From Octopus bimaculoides (taxonomy: Eukaryota), in the NCBI RefSeq assembly GCF_001194135.2, contig NC_068988.1:15065488-15124611 (forward strand): a stretch of 59,124 nt of DNA. Direction: 5' to 3'. The notes under the pieces are model-generated. The model made no database searches. It saw only the letters and a program-made list of their open reading frames with translations, and had not been told where the DNA came from. The translations under genes and the position numbers were made by a program. Below, piece after piece: positions 11,545 to 23,089 of this stretch (the first letter of the stretch is position 1; every line of letters starts with the position of its first letter).

Positions 11545-12570
11545 CTCACACAGGTAATATCTGTGATGATGCATTCTCTCAATATAATAATTATTTACAC
11601 AAAAAAGAAACCATGCCATTGTGATATTTGTGGTAAAGTATTCTCTCTAATTTAAACACAAATATGTCCACAAAAGAGAAAAACCCTACCATTTTAGTAT
11701 TTGTAGCATTCTCTCTGAAGTTCTAATTTATTGATCCATAAAATCATAGAAAATAAATCAAATCACTGTAATATCTGTAACAAAACTCCTTGAAGGATAT
11801 CCAGATGACATTTGAGAGGGCCAGCCATTGGATATGGATGAAAAAGAATGATGAAACTTGGCTGGAGAGGTGATGATCCCAAGATGGACTTGAGTTTGAA
11901 TACTAGTCAGTTGAAACAATAAATGGGGCCTCACATCAGTGAGTGAGGCTGGTACACTGTAAAGTTATTGAGAGGAAGGCCCTGAAATGATGCACATTCT
12001 CTCATGATGACTCCTGAAACCTACTGGCATCTGGTACGTGAAGTTTTCAACTGACAGCATTTCTTTAATAAACTGTTTCTAACTCTCTAGAGGGTAAATC
12101 ATGCTATTGTGACATCTGTAACAAAATATTCTCGGTGCTGAAAAGTTCCTGGCTTTGCGTAAAAGAAAATACAGGAGGATCAATTATGATTTTATTCAAC
12201 ATATTCCCCTCTCAAATTTACATACTTATTGCAGCGGTCCTTCAGTTTTTCTAAGCCCTATAAAAGAACTCGGAAGGTTGGGCCTCCAACCAGGCCTTTC
12301 ACAATACCCTTAAAGCCAGGAACTTTACAGCACCCCCTCATAGCTGTACTCATACAGGAAAAAAACCCCAGTTATATCTCTGATAAAAGTAATTCAATAT
12401 CAATGCATAAGTACATTCTCATTGGGGAAAGGCCCCACCATTGGGATACCAATGGTACAACAGTCACTGCTAGTTATTCATTATCTATACATCAGTCATC
12501 ACACAGGAGAGAAACTATAGTATTGTGATATCTGTGCTATAACATTCTCACAGAATTGAAATTTACTGAT
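11545..12570 (+). pseudogene. Fossil C2H2 finger array interrupted by insertions
   Basis: AAACCATGCCATTGTGATATTTGTGGTAAAG ([10 protein letters not shown]). GERPHHWDTNGTTVTASYSLSIHQ matches ZNF-2 [24 protein letters not shown]. Many indels and stops. Confidence 0.75.
12134..12340. mobile_element. Mariner-type MITE within the fossil array
   Basis: GGTGCTGAAAAGTTCCTGGCTTT / AAAGCCAGGAACTTTACAGCACCCCCTCA followed by TA. Left TIR truncated. Confidence 0.75.
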
Positions 12571-15117
12571 CAGTGGCAGCTCGTGTACAGGCACTGCGGA
12601 ACTGCAGCATCCCCTATTTCCATTCAATATAATAAGTCCTTTTTTCCTTTACTTCTTTCTTTATACTTGTACATTAGATAATCCTTAAGCTTAATATCAG
12701 TAGCCATCCCCTAGTTTATGGAAAAAAAAATACAAAAATCCTTGTATAGAACTGTGTGCTTCACAGTTCCAGCGACGCAAGCGGCAAGCTGGCTGAAACG
12801 TTAGCACGCCGGGCGAAATGCTACAGCTTCAATGTAAGAAGCACCGTTAGCTCAGTTGAGCTGTTCGGCGACCTCTTCACAATCTGCTATACTGCAGTCC
12901 CGTGACTTCGCCGTATCCCTGGCAGGGTGGCTGAACAGAGTTCTATGCCATGTCGAAGGGCAGCCCGAAACTAATAAAAATCAATAAACAAATTACAAGC
13001 ATGCGTATCCCCCACGCCAGAGTAGGACACTAGCACTCCCCGTTAGAAGAAAGGGCTGGGACTTGAGAAGCACTTTTCGACCACGACCATCTCTTACCCC
13101 AATCACATCTCGATCTACCTAACCTCCATCCAACCTCTTCTCTCTGCCTATCTTCCCCCTCTCTCTTCTCTCTGCCTATTCATCTCATCCTACTCCTCAC
13201 TCTGTAATTCTCTATTCACTGCGAGATAATTTTATCTACTTCCTGTCTCTTTATTTCTACCGTTGTATTCCAAAAGTTTGTTGTCTTTCGCGGCAACCAA
13301 ATTTACTGATCCCTTCTTGACACTTTCTTCCTACATATATATAATATATATAGGCGGTGTGTGTGTGTATGTACGTATATATAGTACGGCTGTTCTACAT
13401 ATATAGTCTGTGGTAATCGAAAGAGAATTGTCACAATGAAGAGCTGTCAGAACCTACCTACTGGAGGTAAATAAAATAACTTTTTTAATGGTATTTGTCT
13501 AAAATCATTGTTAAATAGGAATTGTTTAGTGGTTTTTCATCAGGAATTACTACGATCTTTGGAGACATGAATTTATCAGTATGAATAATAGTAATACTTA
13601 AGAACAAGCACCCTGGTATCAGCAGTTTCATTCACAAAAGGACTTAGACTGAGTTTGATCTGTGTTTATTTCCCAGCCAATTAAAGCGACGCCAAAACAA
13701 CTCATTACATTCATAATTAACCCATTACCTCCCATAATTCTATTAACTGGAATTTCTTTTTAGGAAACTTTGATTTCTAGCATAAAACAGCATTAGAAAC
13801 ACGCTGGAATGATCAAAATAATATTTCAAAATAACATTTTAAATAGAAATAAGCGAGATATTGGGTGAAAAATTAGCAAACCTCATTTGAATATCAGAGA
13901 AATATACCTAGTAGATATAGCAAAAAGGTTAGATATGTGTAAATATTGACAGATAATTACGAAATTTGTAATTTTTAAGTGATCTCATATGAGATCACTG
14001 GTAGGTAATGGGTTAAATTTAATGAAATAAGCTTTTGATATATATTTAATGTCATATTTTACATCATAGATTTGACGTCAGTTTAGTTTTGTATCAACTA
14101 ACTACGAGAACAACAACATTCCCTTTGTTTATACTATACTGGTTTAAAGAATACTTTATACCCTGTCAGACGGAAGATCGTAATCAGAGGCTTTCCAGCC
14201 ATGCCCATCCTGTCAGTTTCAGACAATGTATTTAGAAATCAATATACAGTATTTTGTTTTCAGACTCTATGTAAAGTGCGTTTGATGGAAATTTGACTGC
14301 TGTTTCTAAAAGGCTTAACAAAGGTTCTGTTCGTTGGTTGGTAGTGTTGGAGTTTGTTTTTAATCAAGAGTTCTTTTATTAATGTAGTATGTGTGTTCTG
14401 TTAAGAAATATTCCCATATTTCACGGATAAAAGGATAATCCCCACCCCCTCAGTATTCCTGTGTTTCCTACAACGGAAATTACGATTCTGAAAAACTAAA
14501 AATTTCCCAAGCATTCTCAGTTTTTTTTTAAAGAAAAAAACTCACCCTATCTTTTTCGTACCCTTTTCCCATGAGGTATGGGGACTATTATTGAGGGACT
14601 ATTATTCGAACTCTTCGCCTAGTGGTGACCTGCCTGGTTCTTCATCATCTCCAGCTATCATTGTTTTGAATCATTGCTACAAGGACAGGATCAGCAAAAT
14701 GCCGCCTGTAACCCACACTGATCCACCTTTCCAGGTGCAATATTTTAGTATCGAGCCAGGAACTTAAAAACAAAACAAAAACAAAATGTAAATGTCTACA
14801 GTTCTATACGTACTGCTTCGAAGATGCTTACACATTACAGTGTCAAATATTCATGGTTACGTTGATGGCATGATACTTTAGATCCCTCCGATCTTCTGTA
14901 TTCGTGCACGTTTCTTTGATTTTATTTCCTTTTCCCCTCACAGAAGTGCTTAACCACTCTGCATCAACAGCTGCTTCAAGGACTGAGTTGCTCTTGAGAA
15001 AGGCAACTATAGAGGCATCGTTCACGAGACGCAGTTATAGTTTATGGCCAGAAAAGTTACCCTGATCATAGTGAGACAACTACGGGGATATTATTTAGCT
15101 AAAAATAACCCACTCTA

Positions 15118-15345
15118 GGCGAGCTGGCAGAAACGTTAGCGCTCCGGGCGAAATGCTTAGCGGTATTTCGTCTGTCTTTACGTTCTGAGTTCAAATTCCT
15201 CCGAGGTCGACTTTGCCTTTCATCCTTTCGGGGTCGATAAATTAAGTACCAGTTACACACTTGGGTCGATGCAATCGACTTAATCTCCTTGTCTGTCCTT
15301 GTTTGTCCCCTCTATGTTTAGCCCCTTGTGGGCAATAAAGAAATA
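15118..15345 (+). mobile_element. Full-length tRNA-derived SINE (family A)
   Basis: GGCGAGCTGGCAGAAACGTTAGC head and GAGTTCAAATTCC B-box-like motif. 11-bp TSD AACCCACTCTA at 15107-15117 and 15346-15356. Related copies near 19905, 24030-24340, 26060, 33420, 35220-35580 and 37445-37665. Confidence 0.85.
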
Positions 15346-15982
15346 AACCCACTCTACTTAGATTTTCTTGACCTTGAGGGCGTCCCACACTACCTGTAAA
15401 GTTTGGCTCCCGACCACGTTTCAGGATCAGTCCATTGTATGGCACCTTGGACAAATGTCTTCTACTATAGCCTCAAACTGACCAAGTTCCTGTGAGCAGA
15501 TTTGATAGACGGAAACTGAAGCCCATAGTGTATGTGTTTGTGCCTCCTTGTCTTGACATCACATGATTGTTGTAAATGTCATTTATTTCCAATATTCTGT
15601 GAAAGCATGTCTAGCCATGGGGGAAATCTTACCTTGCTTGGAAACCGGTAAGGATTAGTAACAAAAGGGGCATATGAATATAGAAAATCTGCTTCAGTAA
15701 GCTGTCTGATTCATGCAAGCATGGTAAAGTGGGTGTTAAAACAATGATGATGACATATAGATAGATAATGGAGCCTGGTGCAGCCTCTGGCCTAACTAGC
15801 TCAGCTCTGGTCAAACTGGCCAAAACATACCAGCATGGAAAACGGACATTAAATGATGATGATGATAAGTGTGTGTTCATGTTTAAATTCTGCACTTTGC
15901 ATGGAAAGACATTGAGATACAAACAGTGATGTTTGTTAACATTCCCTGTCAATGAATCATCTGTTAGTTCTTGCACCTCTAA

Positions 15983-16202
15983 CCCTTTAGTGTTCAGCTT
16001 ACTCAGTCAAAAGTAGTGCTTATTTATTCACATTGTTTTGAATTGATCATGCATTATATTGTAGCCTTGAGATTTCGGTGATGTGATTGTTTATGTTTAA
16101 AATGACATTTTAGTGTAGGTAGGAGAGGCCAGATCTGGCCAATTTGAACATATAACAAGTCGAATATTTTGGCTGGATATAGCCAGTTTAAATGCTAAAG
16201 GG
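15983..16202 (+). mobile_element. piggyBac-like MITE, copy 1
   Basis: CCCTTTAG...CTAAAGGG TIRs. TTAA on the right, CTAA on the left. Confidence 0.7.
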
Positions 16203-16319
16203 TTAAAGATGAACAGAAGTACCTTACTTGAAAAACTCATGGTTTAGCAACAGAAAGGACAATTTGCTATATTCTATTTTCTGTCCTGCTATTTTTTTTT
16301 TACTGTCTATAGCCTAGGC

Positions 16320-16641
16320 CAGTGGTTCTCAACCATTTTTCATCTATGAACTCCTTTTAATTAATATTCTTTTCTGGTGGACCCCCGTAGCCATTTGATG
16401 TTCCAAATCTATTTTTATAGATATTTCTTTCAAAATTCCTATTTTGCTTTACATACATTAACTTGTGTAGGTTGAACTATGTAATAAGTTTGAAAAATAA
16501 ATTTAGCTGTTTCTTGCAATAAATACATCTAAAGCTAACTTTTTTTTTATGGACCCTTAATATATACTGTGAATCCATGAATTACTATTTTGCTTGCATG
16601 AACCCCCAAAAATTTCATAGAGACCCCAGTTGAAAACACTG
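16320..16641. mobile_element. hAT (Charlie-like) MITE
   Basis: CAGTGGTTCTCAA...TTGAAAACACTG termini. Degenerate 8-bp flanks GCCTAGGC and ACCTAAAT. Confidence 0.6.
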
Positions 16642-17175
16642 ACCTAAATGACGTCACTTTAGTTTGCAATCTACCTGGCCATTTACACTTGAGTGGCAGT
16701 TTGATTCTTATTCAGATCAGATTCATTTGAAGGTTTTGGCTATGGATACTGCAGTAGACTGCATGCTAAAGTTGCACCAACTAGACTCTCCTCAGTTCTC
16801 TTTACTGTGTCAACATCGTAATATCTTTTATATATCTTGTGTTCTCTTCATATATTTCAGAGTATCTGATGATATTGAGATGACACCCTGAAGACTAAAG
16901 AATGATATTGCTAAGGATACAGGGGATTGTGTTTATATAACTTCAATTTTATCGCCATGAACTATTTCTTGTGAAATGCAATTAATTTCATAAAGACTGT
17001 ATTATTTCTGTGATGGTGTAACATCAAAATTTACCGAGACTTTTCAGTTGTCTTACATAATTTCTTCCATAACTGTTCATAAAAAAGTATTTTTTATTCA
17101 AAATATTGTAAGTGGTATTTCTCTTGAAAATTAAAAGAGGAAGATTTTTCTACTTTCTAAAGAACACTTGAAGCT

Positions 17176-19029
17176 ATGGAGGTAAAAGTGAGTCAGGTCC
17201 ATAATGAAACACAACCTGATAATAACAATGTTTCTCATCAAACGGAGAAGGCATCATACATGTGTGACATCTGTGGGGACTCTTTCAAAATACAAAAATG
17301 TTTAATTCAACATCAGTCTATGCACACAGATTCCGAACTCTATGATTGTGATATTTGTGGTGAAAAGTTTTCTACGAATGAAAATTTATCCAATCACAAA
17401 CAAATTCATGCAGAGATGAAACCATATTGCTGTGATATTTGTGGAAAGGCACTTTCTGAAAAGAATGGTTTATTTAATCACGAATGTATTCATGCAGAAG
17501 AAAAACCATACCACTGTGATATTTGTGGGAAAGAATTCTCTCAAAACAGTAAGCTATTAACCCATAGACGTATTCACACAGGAGAAAAACCATATCGTTG
17601 TGATATCTGTGGCCAAACTTTTTCTGTTAATGGTTCATTATCTACACACAAACGTAGTCACACAGGAGAAAAACCATATCGTTGTGATATCTGTGGGAAA
17701 ACGTTCTCAGCTAGTAGCACATTGTCTACACATAAACAAATGCATACTGGCGAAAAACCATACCATTGTGATATCTGTAGTAAGTCATTCTCTCTAAATA
17801 GTAATTTGTTGAAACATAGACGCATTCACACAGGAGAGAAACCATATCACTGTGATATTTGTGGTAAAACATTCTCTCATAGTAGTAATTTATTAACCCA
17901 TAGACGTATACATACTGGAGAAAAACCATACCATTGTGATATATGTGGTAAAAAATGCAATACTAAGGAACGTTTATTAAGCCACAAACGCATTCACACA
18001 GGAGAAAAACCATACAAATGTGGTACCTGTGGTAACACATTCTCTGATAAGGGGTATTTACAGTCCCATAAACTGATTCATACAGGAGAAAAACCATATC
18101 ACTGTGATGCATGTGGTAAAAAGTTCTCTACAAAACAATATCTATCTAACCATAAACGTACTCATGCAGGAATAAAACCATGCCACTGTGATATTTGTGG
18201 TAAAGCATTCTCTCGGAATAGTCACTTATTGACTCATAAACGTATTCACACAGGTGAGAAACCATATCACTGTGATATTTGTGGTAAATCGTTCACTCTA
18301 AATGGTCATTTAACTAAACACAAACGTATTCACACAGGCGAGAAACCATATCACTGTGATACCTGTGGTATGACGTTCTCTCAGAGCTCTAATTTACTGA
18401 CCCATAGACGTATTCATACAGGAAATAAACCATACCACTGTGATATCTGTGGTAAAACTTTTTCTGCCAATGATTCTTTATCCAGACACAAACGTATTCA
18501 CACAGGAGAAAAACCATATCATTGTGATATCTGTGGTAAGACATTCTCTGATAGTAGTTCTGTGTCATCTCATAAGCGAGTTCATACTGGTGAAAGGCCA
18601 TATCATTGTGATATCTGTGGTAAAACATTCACTGCTAGTAATTCATTATCTACACACCAAACTATTCACACAGGTGAGAAACCATATCATTGTGATGTTT
18701 GTGGTATAAAATTCTCTAAAAATTGTAATTTAATGAGGCATAAACGTCTTCACACGGGCGAGAAACCATATCACTGTGATTTCTGTGATAAAACATTCAC
18801 CTCAAGTTCTGATTTGAACACACACAAACGTGTTCATACAGGCGAGAAACCATATCACTGTGGTATCTGTGGTAAATCATTCTCTCAGAATAGTCACTTA
18901 TTGAACCATAGACGTATTCACACAGGCGATAAACCTTATCAATGTGATATTTGTAGTAAGGCATTTTCTAGAAAAGGTGACTTATTAAATCACAAACGTT
19001 TACACAGGAAAGAAACTACACCTCTATGA
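17176..19029 (+). CDS. ZNF-2: C2H2 zinc-finger protein, 617 aa, 21 fingers, no recognisable effector domain
   Basis: Uninterrupted ORF of CxxC-x12-HxxxH repeats with TGEKP linkers. Acceptor ends at 16860. Confidence 0.95.
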   Translation: MEVKVSQVHNETQPDNNNVSHQTEKASYMCDICGDSFKIQKCLIQHQSMHTDSELYDCDICGEKFSTNENLSNHKQIHAEMKPYCCDICGKALSEKNGLFNHECIHAEEKPYHCDICGKEFSQNSKLLTHRRIHTGEKPYRCDICGQTFSVNGSLSTHKRSHTGEKPYRCDICGKTFSASSTLSTHKQMHTGEKPYHCDICSKSFSLNSNLLKHRRIHTGEKPYHCDICGKTFSHSSNLLTHRRIHTGEKPYHCDICGKKCNTKERLLSHKRIHTGEKPYKCGTCGNTFSDKGYLQSHKLIHTGEKPYHCDACGKKFSTKQYLSNHKRTHAGIKPCHCDICGKAFSRNSHLLTHKRIHTGEKPYHCDICGKSFTLNGHLTKHKRIHTGEKPYHCDTCGMTFSQSSNLLTHRRIHTGNKPYHCDICGKTFSANDSLSRHKRIHTGEKPYHCDICGKTFSDSSSVSSHKRVHTGERPYHCDICGKTFTASNSLSTHQTIHTGEKPYHCDVCGIKFSKNCNLMRHKRLHTGEKPYHCDFCDKTFTSSSDLNTHKRVHTGEKPYHCGICGKSFSQNSHLLNHRRIHTGDKPYQCDICSKAFSRKGDLLNHKRLHRKETTPL

Positions 19030-19057
19030 TATTTGTGATAGATCATTATCCTGTTAA

Positions 19058-19275
19058 CCCGTTAGCATTTAGACTGGCCTTATCCAGCCCAAATATTCTA
19101 CTTGTTTTATGTTCAAACTGACCAGGTCCAGCCTTTCACACCTACCCTATAATGTCATTCTAAAACTAAACAATTATGTCATTGAAATTTCAAGGCTACA
19201 AGATGATGCATGATTGATGCAAAACAATATGAATAAATAAGCATTACGTTTGACAATAATCTCAATGCTAAAGGG
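19058..19275 (-). mobile_element. piggyBac-like MITE, copy 2, inverted relative to copy 1
   Basis: TTAA|CCCGTTAG...CTAAAGGG|TTAA. Its reverse complement aligns with 15983-16202. Confidence 0.75.
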
Positions 19276-19799
19276 TTAATCAGTTAATATACAGAGAATG
19301 TATACTAATTCTGTTGAAATTCTTCAAAAGCTATTTATGTTAAGATAATTAAGTCGTGATAAGATTACAGGCATCCTAGACCAACCACATCCCAATAAAG
19401 ACATTCAAATGATTGGTAATATCTCATCAATACATTCTAACCTTTTTCTCACACACAATTTGTCTTGTATTGCTGTCTTTCCTACCCAAACAACACTTTC
19501 CTCTACTCTTCAGATTTGGCTGGTTTTGTGTAATTTCCCCTCAGGCCTTCCAATCGGATGAAATAAAGTGGGATTGCTTACTTTGAGTAGTCCTAGGTGC
19601 CCCGCGATGCAGTTAGCCATAACCCAGATTATAACAGTACTAGCACAGTATCCACCTGGATATTTCATCCCTATCCATTGTATATATATATATATCATCA
19701 TCATCATCGTTTAACGTCCGCTTTCCATGCTAGCATATATATATATATATATGTATAAATAAATGTAAATGTGTGTGTGTGTATATACATATATATATA

Positions 19800-19885
19800 G
19801 GCAAAAGTTAAAAATACGTACACCCAGTGTTTTAGGGTTTTTGTTATGCCGAAAACGGCTGGTGTACGTATTCTTTACCTCTGCC
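19800..19885. mobile_element. Short palindromic element with GGCA termini and a TTAGGG core; related copies at 22970-23060 and ~6790-6840
   Basis: GGCAAAAGTTAAAAATACGTACACC / GGTGTACGTATTCTTTACCTCTGCC, embedded in (TA)n. Confidence 0.65.
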
Positions 19886-20916
19886 ATATATATATATTCA
19901 GGGCCAACAGTTCTCAACTGGTACTTATTTTATCAACCCCAAATGGGGTTCAAAGACAAAGTTGACTTTGGCAGAATTTGAACTGAGAACGTAAAGACAG
20001 ACAAAGTGCCTCTAAGCATTTTGCCTGGCATGCTAACATCTCTTGTTTCTCATATTGTATACCCATCCCACAACACCCACACTCACCACTTCTTTCAGTT
20101 CTAGAAAGAGGAAAAACTTCATTAATAAAACTTATGCAATATCTTTGGTAAATATATTTACACTGGGATTTTATGTCAGTGTCATGTAATGTTGGAATTG
20201 TTTTGAATATTTTCCTTTGTTGTAAAATGAAAATAATAAAATACGCAGCTATAATTGTAACCACACTTGACTTTATTAAGCTGTTTGCTATGCTGGATGT
20301 GCAATGTCAGTGTGCATGTTTCACACAGCACTGATGTATTGAGAGAGAAGTTGGGCATGAGAGGAATTGTATGCAGTGTGCAAGAGAGGAGACTATGCTG
20401 GCTTAATCATGTGAATTGGAGGGAAGTTGTGAAGGATGAAGGCCCAGGAAGATAGAGACAAAGTATTGAAGGCTGATCTCAAAATGCTGAACCCTACAAA
20501 AGAGATGTCAGAGGATTGAGACATGTGATACATTGTTGTTCTCACAACAGAATTGAGATTCTAAAAAAAAGCATTGGTGAGGGTACCAGTTCCCTGTAAA
20601 AAGCAGCCAGTACACTGTAAAGAGGTTGGTGTTAGGAAGGGCATTCAGACCAAAACTGACTATGGAACCTGGCGCAGCCCCTGGCCTTGCCAGTTCCTGT
20701 CAAGCTGTCCAACCCATGCCAACATGGAAAATGGCTGTTAAATGATGTTATTGTAACTTCAAATCAGCTCTACCCCAGCAATTGTATAGCACACAGAAAC
20801 TATGACCCATAAATCTATTGTAGAAGTTATACCATTACCTCAGCCTAGCTGAGAGAACTATATTGCACACTTTGACATACAGCAATGAATCTAATAGAAG
20901 GCTGCATAACAATCTA

Positions 20917-21125
20917 CAGGGTGTCCCCAAAGTCTGGGTACATGGGGATTAACACCTACTTTAAGAAATTATTTCTTTTATTTAATTGTTTATGTTATGA
21001 TTTTATTTACTCCATGTACCCACATGGGGATTAACACATACTTTAAGAAATTATTATTTCTTATATTTAATTGTTTATGTTATGATTTTATTTACTCCAT
21101 GTACCCAGACTTTGTGGACACCCTG
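20917..21125. mobile_element. Tc1/mariner MITE with an internal ~80-bp tandem duplication
   Basis: TA|CAGGGTGTCC...GGACACCCTG|TA. Internal CATGGGGATTAACAC...ACTCCATGTACC occurs twice. Confidence 0.8.
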
Positions 21126-22876
21126 TAGATATTTTGTGCTCTTTACATTATCTGGTCTATAATTGTATGCCTGTAGCTTCTGGTTGTTGCTGCAGCAGCG
21201 GTGAGTAATAAGGATTTGGTCAGAAGGCAAGAGAAACTGTTACCTCCTGAGGAACAGAAACTGTTCCTCTGCTCTTATACATAAGGTGCATACTTGCACA
21301 ATGTGTACCGGGGGGGGGGGGGTTAATGTAGCTATTGATGCTACTGCTATTTCTGTGTGTCGGCTAACTGAAAGAGGTGTTTTCAGATCAATGTTATTGT
21401 AAATGCAGTAGGATCTCACAAGGTTTGTAGAATGTCACAGGCAATTTTGCAAGTAAGAAGGCATTGTGGTAGACTACCATTGGCAAGTTTAGCAGAATTA
21501 TGGCAATACAACCAGAAAGCATTGTGGCAGTATATCACAGAATCACAAAAATTAATGCAAAGAATTATAGACAATACATCTTGGAAGATTTTTGGAGAGG
21601 AGGAAGAACAAGAAATCTAACTTATAAAATTTGCATAATTTAACAAAATAAGTATGCTTAATAGGATAAGGGATAACCTTTGCAACCTGCATCCAGGAGT
21701 TGAAAAATATTCTTTGCCAAATATTTGAGCCCACATAAACCCAGCTAAATTCTCCCTGCTATTTGCCCTCCAATTCTGTGTGGCCTTTTGCTCAAGACTG
21801 CATGGCTTCTTCATGATTTGTGCAAACCCTCTATAAGAGACATGTAATTAAATTCCACTCTGGTTGGTAGGCTATGAACAAAGGTGCTGCTACTCATTTT
21901 CGAAAGAGATGGTTTCTATCTAACAACATCTATAAAAAAGATATGTGATGTGGTGCTTACTTAATTACAGATCTCTTCCACGGAGGTGTCTGAGTTTACA
22001 TGGTAAATGTTAATGTAATATCTGGCTTGCCTATATCATGTTGTATTCAGTATTCTCCATAAGTAAAATTATGTATCTTTAAAAGTTCATGCAACACATA
22101 TAGGATGATGAAACTGCATGTAATTTAAAACTTGGTCTATACAAAGAAAACATATCGAATTGGCAACACAAGCAAGTTCCTCACATCTCATATATTTAAT
22201 TATATCTCATTTAGTTACCAATAATTGTACACAATGTCTGAAGATCACTTATTCATAATCCACTTAAGGCTAGGGTTTATAAAAATATATTTTGACCTAA
22301 TTAAAGGTCAGGTATTCTGAATTCAAACTTCAAACCAAGGATCTGCATATGGTTAACCTCATAGTGTTTATAGTCATATCAGGTTTCCAAATCTTCCTTT
22401 TACATTCTTGGCACTCAAAAACTATAGTAAGCCAACAAAATAATGCGAGCTAGTCCTACATACACTTAATTCACTTCAAACCATGGCAGTGGACAGACCT
22501 TGAATAAAGTTGCTAGACAAATAACCAGTCAAAAGTAACTGGATACAATTGGTATTCGTCTATGGAGCAGAAATGTGCATTGGACAAATTTAAACCAAAC
22601 ATGCTGTATAATTGATTGTAGAAATAAAAAAATAATATGCAGATGTACTGATCTCCGTATAATTATCTTGGATATACACTCAGTGAAAAATATTTAAAAT
22701 CCAGTGAAGCAAACCCAGGATTTACCAATTGGATGAAATACAGTGGGATTGCTTTCTTTGAGTAATCCTAAGTGCCCCTCGGTGCAGTTAGCCATGACCC
22801 AGATTATAACAGTACTAGCACAGTACCTGCCTCGATATTTTATCCCTATCCATTGTATATATATAAATATGTGTGA

Positions 22877-22971
<95 letters not shown>

Positions 22972-23058
22972 TGAAAGTAAAGAATATGTACACCTGGTGT
23001 TTAGGATTAGGATTTTTGTTATGCTGAAAACGGGTGGTGTACGTATTCTTTACCTCTG

Positions 23059-23089
<31 letters not shown>

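Noticed and set aside
13978-13999. Perfect 22-bp palindrome AGTGATCTCATATGAGATCACT
   Set aside because: Isolated and probably internal to an unrecognised repeat; no supporting context.
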